From Actinomycetota bacterium (GTDB taxonomy: Bacteria > Actinomycetota > UBA4738 > JBJMLN01): a stretch of DNA of 64,000 nucleotides. The stretch covers positions 13,232 through 77,231 of the forward strand of contig JBJMLN010000038.1 of NCBI GenBank assembly GCA_045805285.1, in the 5' to 3' direction. The translations under genes were made by a program, and so were the position numbers. This document shows positions 56,777 through 64,000 of the stretch, piece by piece; position 1 is the first letter of the stretch; every line of letters starts with the position of its first letter. The notes below the pieces were generated by a model. That model had not been told where the DNA came from, ran no database searches, and worked only from the letters and a program-made list of their open reading frames with translations.

Positions 56777-57185
56777 TTGCCGCGAGCCGCGCGGAGCGTC
56801 GCCGGATCACGCTTCGTGCAACGACTGCGGCAACGACTCCACCGATGAGACCGACGAGGAATGCCGGAAGCAGCGGAGGGTTGTAGACGCCGCGTCCGAC
56901 GTAGTTGGAGAAGACTCCGTTACAGATCGTGACCCCCACGGCCCTCCCTCCTGCCGGCGCTCCGGCCGAGGCAGTGCATCCCAGCGGAGCGACGAGGAGA
57001 AAGGCCGCCGTGAAGCCCGACACCGCGGCGATCGCCGGCACGAGGACGTCGAAGGACGGCCGAAGCGGGAGGAGGAACAGCATCACCAGTCCCGTCGCGA
57101 GGAACGGAAAGCCGATGCTGAAGATGCCGAGAACACCGAAGGCGACGAGACAAAGAGCGAGCGCCACGTACGGAACGTGCCTCAT
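56769..57185 (-). CDS. Small integral membrane protein (4 TM)
   Basis: Hydrophobic throughout; 138 aa. Confidence 0.5.
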   Translation of the reverse strand: MRHVPYVALALCLVAFGVLGIFSIGFPFLATGLVMLFLLPLRPSFDVLVPAIAAVSGFTAAFLLVAPLGCTASAGAPAGGRAVGVTICNGVFSNYVGRGVYNPPLLPAFLVGLIGGVVAAVVARSVIRRRSARLAASV

Positions 57186-57249
57186 GGGATGACCTTACGA
57201 CCGTGACGCCTCCGATCCCATCGACGTCTGATCCGCCACTGAGGACCTC

Positions 57250-57909
57250 CTACGTCGATGACGGCGCGGGGCCGCCTTTTCCAGGCTGTTCGCGACTCCC
57301 TCGAAGTCGCCGGAGGACGGCAACTGCGACTCCGGCCGCAAGCAGAACGCCGATGACTTCGAGCGCGCTCTCTCTCGTCGAGGACCCCGATCCAACGATC
57401 GCATCCCGAGCCGTGTGTACGTATCGCGGATCGGAGACGTTCTTCAGGGACTGTGCGTCATTGGCATCGACGCGTTGAGACATGCAACCGGCCGTGACGA
57501 ACGTGCCGTCCGCGTTGTGGTGGCCGGCGACAACATAAGTCGTGCCGAGGGATGCGGCGAAATTGTCCTCCATCCCCTCTCTCGACATCACCGTCGGATG
57601 TTCCGGGATGCTCCCAAGCAGGCGGGCCTCGAGCTGCATGTCGATCGCGTCGTACGTGGCGGCCTCGTACATCACCGTGTTTCCATGCGGGGAACCGGCT
57701 TCGATCCCTCGGCGGATCGCGGTAACCCGTGCGATGAAGATCGAGTCGTAGAACTCGGTGGAGGCGGAATGCGGTCCGCCCGCGACCATCGCGTCGAAGG
57801 AATCGGGCCGAACACACTGCGCGAGGGCGTTCTCGCGTCCGGACAACAAGACTGTCGAGGCGAGAGCGATGAGGACCGGGAGTGCCTTCAGCACACGCTT
57901 CGAGCGCAT
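57250..57909 (-). CDS. Secreted hypothetical protein with C-terminal TM anchor
   Basis: Signal MRSKRVLKALPVLIALASTVLL. C-terminal ALEVIGVLLAAGVAVAVLRRLRGSRE. Confidence 0.5.
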   Translation of the reverse strand: MRSKRVLKALPVLIALASTVLLSGRENALAQCVRPDSFDAMVAGGPHSASTEFYDSIFIARVTAIRRGIEAGSPHGNTVMYEAATYDAIDMQLEARLLGSIPEHPTVMSREGMEDNFAASLGTTYVVAGHHNADGTFVTAGCMSQRVDANDAQSLKNVSDPRYVHTARDAIVGSGSSTRESALEVIGVLLAAGVAVAVLRRLRGSREQPGKGGPAPSST

Positions 57910-58069
57910 CGTCTTTCATCGATGGCTTCGACCGCGTCCTTGAATGACCTCCAGGGTGACAGGCTTCTTCGGAGATCCTGCGATTTCCTGAGGCGCATAG
58001 GCCAGGTAGGACGACCTCGCTGGGAATGGCGGGATGGCCGCTCGTCGGGTGAACGGCTAGCGTGGGCGG

Positions 58070-59008
58070 ATGCGTCTCCTCCGCCGTTCGTGGCTGGTCC
58101 TGTGCTGTGCCTCCCTCGTCATCGCCGCCGGAGGAGGATTCGCGAGGGCCGCGTTCCCGGGCGAGAACGGCCGGATCGCCTTCGCGCGTGCGCGCGCCCA
58201 TGAGGGGCTTCCCCGCATCTGGACCGCCGGCAAGCACGGGAACAACGTCGAGCGGCTGATGGCGCGCAATGGAACGAACCCGGCGTGGTCCCCCGACGGC
58301 TCAAAGATCGTGTTCGAGCACGGGCTGACCGGAGCGCAAACCGGAACCGTGCAGCTGATCGTAACCGACGACGACGGAAACAAGACGCACATCGCATTGA
58401 CGGCCGAGGGCATCGGAAACGCCTCCTGGGCGCCGAACGGAACGAGGCTCGTGTTCGAGTCGGGGAACGGGATCGCCGTCGTCGGTTCGCACGGGGAGGA
58501 TCCTCGACCGATCGCCACGCCCAAGGGGTTCGGCGAGTTCCTCGCCCCGGAATGGTCTCCCGACGGCTCACGCATCGCGTTCGAGCGATGCCACGCGGGG
58601 AGCTGTGAGGTCTGGACCGTCGACCCCGACGGCCGCGATCTTCGGCGCGTGACGAACGGCCCCATGGATTTGGCGCCCGACTGGTCCCCCGACGGGAGAC
58701 GCCTCGTGTTCGTGCGGAGCTCGAGCTCCACGGAAAGCGATCTCTTCCTGATCGGCAGGAACGGCTCGCGGGAGATCCAACTGACGTCCACGGCGGAAGC
58801 GGAGAAGGACCCGGCCTTCTCTCCGAACGGGCGACAGGTGATCTTCTCCAAGTGCTGCTTCGGAGACTCCATGACGGCAGAGCTCTTCACGATGCCGCTG
58901 AGCGGGGGCCAGCCCACGGCGGCCCGGCAGATCACGTCGAACGAAGCGCAGGACAGCCTGCCGTCGTGGGGCTCGTTCCCTCACGGACTGACCGAATCCA
59001 CGGGCTGA
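58070..59008 (+). CDS. Secreted TolB-like PD40 beta-propeller protein (paralog family A, copy 2)
   Basis: FPGENGRIAFARARAHEG...AWSPDGSKIVF ... APDWSPDGRRLVF. Clear paralog of 21576..22511. Confidence 0.7.
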   Translation: MRLLRRSWLVLCCASLVIAAGGGFARAAFPGENGRIAFARARAHEGLPRIWTAGKHGNNVERLMARNGTNPAWSPDGSKIVFEHGLTGAQTGTVQLIVTDDDGNKTHIALTAEGIGNASWAPNGTRLVFESGNGIAVVGSHGEDPRPIATPKGFGEFLAPEWSPDGSRIAFERCHAGSCEVWTVDPDGRDLRRVTNGPMDLAPDWSPDGRRLVFVRSSSSTESDLFLIGRNGSREIQLTSTAEAEKDPAFSPNGRQVIFSKCCFGDSMTAELFTMPLSGGQPTAARQITSNEAQDSLPSWGSFPHGLTESTG

Positions 59009-59030
59009 TCGGTCTCGACACGGTGCCGTC

Positions 59031-59780
59031 GTGAACGACGACGCCGCATCGGCCTTGGAACCGTGGTCGGCTCGTTCCGCGGAGCTATACGAGTTCATCC
59101 ACGATGCGAATCGGGCACGAGCGGATGCGGATCGGCTGCACGAGATGATCCGAGAGGTGAATCCCGACGCGCGGTCATTGCTCGACGTGGCGTGCGGAAC
59201 GGGCTGGCACCTCGAGCGACTCCGGGACTGGTACGCCGTGGAGGGAGTCGACGCGTCGCCCGCCATGTTGGAGATCGCTGGGCGGCGCCTGGGCGACGTT
59301 TCGCTTCATCTCGGCGACATGCGTTCCTTCGAGCTCGGAAAGCGCTTCGACGTCGTGACGTGCCTCTCATCGAGCATCGCGCACATGCGAACCGGGGAGG
59401 ATCTCCGGCGAGCGGTCCGAACGATGGCGCGGCACCTGACCGAGGGCGGCCTCCTCGTGCTGGAGCCGTGGGACTTTCCCGAGGCGTCTCGCGACGAAAG
59501 GCCGTGGGTCCACACCGTCGAGTGGGATGACCGCTCCGTCATCCTGATGGAGACGACGACACTCGACGGACAGCTCTGGAGGCAGGACACGCACTTGCTG
59601 CTCTGGCGGCATGGCGGCCCGATCGAACATCTCCTCGAGCGCACCACTCTCGGCGCGTTCACCAAGGACGATCACGTCCGGGCGCTGGAGGAAGCGGGGC
59701 TTTCGGTTCGGTTCGACGAGTCCGGGTTGCTGGGGCGAGGGCTCTTCCTCGGGAGGACACCGTCAGCCAAGAGCGACTGA
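59031..59780 (+). CDS. Class I SAM-dependent methyltransferase (TylM1/sugar N-methyltransferase-like fold)
   Basis: LLDVACGTGWHLERL motif I, GGLLVLEPW. Confidence 0.7.
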   Translation: MNDDAASALEPWSARSAELYEFIHDANRARADADRLHEMIREVNPDARSLLDVACGTGWHLERLRDWYAVEGVDASPAMLEIAGRRLGDVSLHLGDMRSFELGKRFDVVTCLSSSIAHMRTGEDLRRAVRTMARHLTEGGLLVLEPWDFPEASRDERPWVHTVEWDDRSVILMETTTLDGQLWRQDTHLLLWRHGGPIEHLLERTTLGAFTKDDHVRALEEAGLSVRFDESGLLGRGLFLGRTPSAKSD

Positions 59781-60692
59781 CCCGCTGACGCACCACTGCG
59801 CCGCATCGCCGGCCAGCTCACGCAAGCGCTCGTCGAAATGCGCGATGTCCTCCGGCGTGAGGATCGAGCCCCAGTTCCTCGAGCCGCCCGCTCTGAAGAA
59901 CAGCTCAGACGCCTTCCACAGCCGGACGTCTCCCTCCGGACTCGCCGCCGCTGCGCGCGCTCTCATCGAAGAGAGCGTCGCGGCGTCGACGAACTGTGGC
60001 CAGCGCTCGGCATCGATCTCGACGCCCAGGATCGCGGCAACGCGGCGCATCTCCCGATCGAGGTCGTTCCACATGTCCGAGTAATGGAAGAGGTGCACGT
60101 TCGGCTCCTCGCGGGCATCCCAGTACGTCCGGATCTGGAGGCAGTAGTCGGCGAGGTCGTTGGGCCCTGCTCCGTCGCACGGCCCCTCGTGATCGATGAA
60201 CCACCGGAGGTACTCGAGCGGATCCTCTTCCGGGGCTTCCTCGTACTCGGTTTCGGGAGGCGGGCCCGACGCGTCGATGCGCAGCTTCTCGAGCTGCTCG
60301 AAGTCCATGTTGGCGTGGTGATCCCTGAGCGAGAGCGCGACGTCGAGGGGGTGTCGAGTCACCGTGATGTAGGTGACGGAGTCGAGTCTCGGAACGCCGT
60401 CGAGCGGAGTGTGCGTCTTGATGAATCGGCGATGGGACTGCGCCTTCAGGATCGCGAAGGTGTCCTCCTCCTTGTGGATCAGCATGTCGAGCCACGGGGA
60501 GATCAGGCTGAGCGGCGCTCCCAGCTCCACGCGATCGAGCACGAGCATCCCGACGATCGTCTGCATCCACGTGGTGCCGCACTTCGACGGGGTGGAGATG
60601 ACCACGTCGTCCGGACGGAACTCGAACCGATTCCAGCGGTCGTTGTCCGAGATGAAACCGGAGTACCGACGCACCGAACATGCACCTCTCAT
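59763..60692 (-). CDS. PAPS-dependent sulfotransferase
   Basis: 5'-PSB loop PSKCGTTW. 3'-PB region RHPLDVALS. Alternative GTG start at 60674; the open frame extends to 60806. Confidence 0.7.
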   Translation of the reverse strand: MRGACSVRRYSGFISDNDRWNRFEFRPDDVVISTPSKCGTTWMQTIVGMLVLDRVELGAPLSLISPWLDMLIHKEEDTFAILKAQSHRRFIKTHTPLDGVPRLDSVTYITVTRHPLDVALSLRDHHANMDFEQLEKLRIDASGPPPETEYEEAPEEDPLEYLRWFIDHEGPCDGAGPNDLADYCLQIRTYWDAREEPNVHLFHYSDMWNDLDREMRRVAAILGVEIDAERWPQFVDAATLSSMRARAAAASPEGDVRLWKASELFFRAGGSRNWGSILTPEDIAHFDERLRELAGDAAQWCVSGSVALG

Positions 60693-60741
60693 CCAGCACC
60701 GTGAGACGGCCGAACAGGTTCGAGACGATACGCTGTCGAGC

Positions 60742-61299
60742 ATGGCCGGCGACGGCATCCTCTTCGCTGTCGTGATCGGCACCCTTCTCGGGGTCCTCCG
60801 ATTCACCTCCCCCGCGGTGCGCGAGCTCAGCTACCGGAAAGGTCAGCTCTGGTATCTCGGGCCGAGCACGAAGCGATATCCGACGGCCGATGAATGGCGG
60901 TCGCATCCCTCAGCCGCCGTTTCGGCGAGGGATCTTTGGATCTGGACGGGCGCCGCTGTCGTCCTCATCGCGTCCGCCGTCGCGACGTGGACCATCGGAT
61001 CGATCCTCGTCTCGGTGGTCCTCATCGTCATCGCGCTCTGTCTGCTCGGGATGGCGATCGGTGGATATCGGACGAATCGGTATCTCCGGCATCAGGAAAG
61101 GGATCCAGTCGCGGACGTCGTCGACCGCGGGCTTCTTCGTTTCTCGCCGAAGACGGATGACCTCATACGTCAGATCTGCGCCGCCGGCGGCCGGGGCCGG
61201 CTCGAGGACTTCCCTTGGGGGGATCCAGAGATCCACGGGAACCTCCCCGAGCTGCATCGGCGGTTGGAGGCGGTGTTGAACTCCGTAAAGCGAACGTGA
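60742..61299 (+). CDS. Membrane protein, hypothetical
   Basis: MAGDGILFAVVIGTLLG ... second TM AAVVLIASAVATWTIGSILVSVVLIVIALCLLGMAIGG. Confidence 0.45.
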   Translation: MAGDGILFAVVIGTLLGVLRFTSPAVRELSYRKGQLWYLGPSTKRYPTADEWRSHPSAAVSARDLWIWTGAAVVLIASAVATWTIGSILVSVVLIVIALCLLGMAIGGYRTNRYLRHQERDPVADVVDRGLLRFSPKTDDLIRQICAAGGRGRLEDFPWGDPEIHGNLPELHRRLEAVLNSVKRT

Positions 61300-61315
61300 C
61301 GATCGCGCCTCCGCC

Positions 61316-62113
61316 CTAGGCGAGGAGCTCGAGGTCGCGGTCGCTCCAGGCGTCGATCACATCGCCGATGCCGGCGGACCGAGCGACGCGCTCGAGCAAG
61401 TGGAAGAGCTCCGCGACCGCCTGAGGATCGGCCGAGGCGAGCCGCTTGACGACGTCGACGAATCGATCCCCCCGGAAGAGTTCGAGGGGATGCCGTTCGA
61501 CCTCCCAGGAGAGGTACCGGTTGTACGGCCGGACGCGACCCTCGAGGGCGAAGACGGTCTCGAGCGCCGGCGACACCGCTCCGGCGCAATCGAGCACGGC
61601 GGCATCGTCGTTCCCGTCTCTGCGATCCTTCGCGGCGCGGATGCACTGATTGAGGAACGCATCCAGCGCCGTGCGTGCAATCCCGTCGGCGATGCCTTCG
61701 TCCAGGAACTCCTTTTGGGCAGCGAGGTCCGCGATCGCGCCGTCCAGAGAGTCGTAAGACGTCGTGACGTGAGCGAAGGCGTAGGCCTCCCAGAAGTTCG
61801 CGCTCCCCGGCTCGGCGTACCGCTGGAACTCTCCGAACCCGAGGACCACGCAGTCGAGCATCGGATCGTCGATCTCGCGAATGGAACGCATCCCATCATC
61901 GAGTGCCTCCTCGTCCACGACGACGTAGCAATCCCAATCGGAATCAGCGCCCACGCTCCCACGCCCTCGTGAGCCCGACAGGATCACGCCCAAGATCGAC
62001 GGCTCCTCGGTCGCGACAGCAACGAGGCCATCGAAGCCTGACATCCCCGGAAACGTACAGCGTTCACTCAGTCGTGGACCCGCAACGCCGACGAGTTCGT
62101 GGAACGGCGCCAT
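61316..62113 (-). CDS. Nucleotidyltransferase-fold protein (ANT(6)/streptomycin adenylyltransferase-like)
   Basis: GS-x9-DxD pattern: ILSGSRGRGSVGADSDWDCYVVVDE. Helical C-terminal domain. Confidence 0.55.
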   Translation of the reverse strand: MAPFHELVGVAGPRLSERCTFPGMSGFDGLVAVATEEPSILGVILSGSRGRGSVGADSDWDCYVVVDEEALDDGMRSIREIDDPMLDCVVLGFGEFQRYAEPGSANFWEAYAFAHVTTSYDSLDGAIADLAAQKEFLDEGIADGIARTALDAFLNQCIRAAKDRRDGNDDAAVLDCAGAVSPALETVFALEGRVRPYNRYLSWEVERHPLELFRGDRFVDVVKRLASADPQAVAELFHLLERVARSAGIGDVIDAWSDRDLELLA

Positions 62114-62192
62114 GGCTCGGCTATTGCTGCCATCGGAAAACCGCGCATAATCCGCTGACGTTCCATCGGGCTCCACGGAGGAGAGGGTTCCG

Positions 62193-64000
62193 ATTCGCGG
62201 CTGGCGGGCGTGGGGCACCACATTCCTCGTGATCACCGCGCTCCTCCTCGCACCGTCACCGGCACCGGCTCGGACGAAACCGACGTCACACACCCGGCGC
62301 GATGGAAACGAGCAGCCCGTTCCGATGCTCCCGCAACGGGCCGTCGAACTTGGCCTTTCGCTCCCCGGCAGGGTCGTTCGTCGCGACGGCGACGTCACCG
62401 TTTCCCAGATCGACGTTCCGGAGTCCGCGCGATCGAGCTCCCCCGCCGTACCCGCGACCGAATGGCGTGTCTCCGTCTCCGGGAGATTTCCTCCGCGAGC
62501 GCTCCGTTACGAGGTGCTGGCGAACGCCCAACCGATCGCGTACGGAACGCCGGCCGCCGACGAGCGGTCGCTCCGTTCGGTCTCCACCGACTCGGCCGTG
62601 CTCACCGCGCACATCACCACCCGATACGGCGACGGATCACCACCTCCGGTCGCGTCAGAGCGCGCGGGACCGTCAAGCATCCAGCGGCCACCGCACCTCC
62701 CGAACCCCGGAGGCTTCGGTCCCGACCCGGTCCGGAAGGTCCGCTACGACTTCGGAGACCAGGTCTATCAGCCGCCCGGCCTCAACGGAAAGGTGGAGCT
62801 CACCGCAGACGTCCACTACCCGCGGGGGCTTCCCGACGGCCCGTACCCGCTCGTGCTGTTCATGCACGGCAACCATTCCACCTGCTACAAGGGCCGGAAA
62901 TCCTCGTACGAGTGGCCGTGCCGCGACGGCTCACAGCCGATCCCGAACTATGAGGGCTACGACTACATCGCACAGCGCCTCGCCAGCTACGGATTCATCG
63001 TCGTCTCAGTCAGCGCGAACGGCGTCAACGTCCTGGGCAACGACGTACGCGACACGGGGATGCGACAGCGAGGCGAGCTGCTCGAGAAGCACATCGAGCT
63101 CTGGAAGACATGGGACACGATCGGCGGCGCGCCGTTCGAGGGTCGCTTCGTCGGAAAGGTCGATCTCTCCCGGATCGGCACGATGGGCCACTCCCGCGGC
63201 GGTGAGGGTGTCGTCTGGAACACGATCGTGGACCGGGAACGCACCCACCCGTTCGGGATCGAGGCCGTGCTCGCGCTCGCGCCGGTCGACTTCGACAGGC
63301 GGACGATCAACGACGTGCCGTTCGCCGTCGTCCTGCCCTACTGCGACGGAGACGTCTATGACCTGCAGGGCATCCACTACTTCGACGACTCCCGCTACCT
63401 CGTTCCCGGAGATCCGACTCCGAAGGACGCGGTCACCGTCATGGGCGCGAACCACAACTTCTTCAACACGGTGTGGTCGCCGTCGGGCGGGTTCCCGGGA
63501 GCTTTCGACGACGGAACCAACTGCCCCGGCCGGCTCTCCGAGGCGCAACAGCGTCACGTCGGCGTCGCGTACATCGTCGGCTTCTTCCGCCGCTACCTCG
63601 GCGGCGACCGGGCACTCGATCCGATGTGGACGGGCGCGCAGACGCCGTCGCAGATCGCGCCCGCGCAGGCGCTGGTCAGCTACCTCCCGCCGGATACGCC
63701 GCAGCGCCGCCTCGACGTCGATCGCTTCACGCAGGCGGACTCCCTCTCGCGGGATGCGCTCGGTGCTCCCGTGCGGCCGAGCGACGTCTCGCATTACGGC
63801 TGGTGTCTGGACGTGGAGAGCGATCCGTGTGTCCCGGGAGAGGCCGCGCACGCGGACGTCCACTTGCCGGGCCTCGCGCAGGGTGTCATCGGATGGTCAA
63901 GCAGCGCAACGGGCTCGGTGCGTTTCTCGCTGCCGCCGAGGGATCAAGACGTGAGCCGTTTCGACGCGGTGCAGTTCCGTGGCGCGCTGAATCCCGGATA
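62193..64000 (+). CDS. Secreted alpha/beta hydrolase (lipase/esterase, PAF-AH/chlorophyllase-like); 3' partial, start unresolved
   Basis: Frame-0 ORF missing from the track because it runs off the window. HG oxyanion motif PLVLFMHGNHSTCY and nucleophile elbow GHSRGG. Signal-like TTFLVITALLLAPSPAPA. No canonical start between the stop at ~62148 and the signal; GGAGGAGAGGG precedes an ATT at ~62193. Confidence 0.55.
   Translation, partial: MRGWRAWGTTFLVITALLLAPSPAPARTKPTSHTRRDGNEQPVPMLPQRAVELGLSLPGRVVRRDGDVTVSQIDVPESARSSSPAVPATEWRVSVSGRFPPRALRYEVLANAQPIAYGTPAADERSLRSVSTDSAVLTAHITTRYGDGSPPPVASERAGPSSIQRPPHLPNPGGFGPDPVRKVRYDFGDQVYQPPGLNGKVELTADVHYPRGLPDGPYPLVLFMHGNHSTCYKGRKSSYEWPCRDGSQPIPNYEGYDYIAQRLASYGFIVVSVSANGVNVLGNDVRDTGMRQRGELLEKHIELWKTWDTIGGAPFEGRFVGKVDLSRIGTMGHSRGGEGVVWNTIVDRERTHPFGIEAVLALAPVDFDRRTINDVPFAVVLPYCDGDVYDLQGIHYFDDSRYLVPGDPTPKDAVTVMGANHNFFNTVWSPSGGFPGAFDDGTNCPGRLSEAQQRHVGVAYIVGFFRRYLGGDRALDPMWTGAQTPSQIAPAQALVSYLPPDTPQRRLDVDRFTQADSLSRDALGAPVRPSDVSHYGWCLDVESDPCVPGEAAHADVHLPGLAQGVIGWSSSATGSVRFSLPPRDQDVSRFDAVQFRGALNPG

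Noticed and set aside
1-64000. Search for CRISPR arrays, tRNA genes, transposases/integrases and a prophage
   Set aside because: No direct-repeat/spacer periodicity, cloverleaf-like segments or DDE/tyrosine-recombinase motifs were noticed. The accessory character of the 3' third rests only on paralogs, pseudogenes and mixed orientation.

Overview
High-GC (~70%) actinobacterial-type chromosomal segment, densely coding on both strands. Coordinates come partly from frame arithmetic on the ORF track and partly from reading the sequence lines by eye, so hand-read positions may be off by 1-2 nt. The 5' third looks core: a partial multi-PAS/GAF sensor histidine kinase, lipA, an RNase P RNA (rnpB) on the minus strand that no ORF can represent, RNase HI, a zinc-ribbon protein, a radical-SAM protein and msrA-msrB. 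Further on there is a giant fused FtsX-type ABC permease with two ATPases next to an MFS transporter carrying a cyclic-nucleotide-binding domain. A two-component system sits upstream of a secreted RTX-like Ca-binding protein and a TolB-like propeller. A P450 is translationally coupled to a Rieske ferredoxin. The most coherent unit is a ~13 kb catabolic island: an 8-gene minus-strand operon (amidohydrolase, class-III aminotransferase, coxM-S-L molybdenum hydroxylase, C-N hydrolase, second aminotransferase, orphan PotF-like binding protein) facing a divergent ALDH-IclR-SDR operon, with a 10-bp palindrome in the shared promoter. The 3' third looks accessory: two more RTX-like paralogs, a second TolB-like paralog, a start-less standalone Toprim ORF, tandem SAM methyltransferases (the second broken by two frameshifts), sulfatase plus sulfotransferase, a BNR/sialidase-like protein, a DrrAB-like exporter, an ANT(6)-like nucleotidyltransferase and a 3'-partial secreted alpha/beta hydrolase missing from the ORF track. 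No CRISPR array, tRNA, transposase or integrase was recognised. Most long antisense ORFs in the track are GC-rich artefacts.
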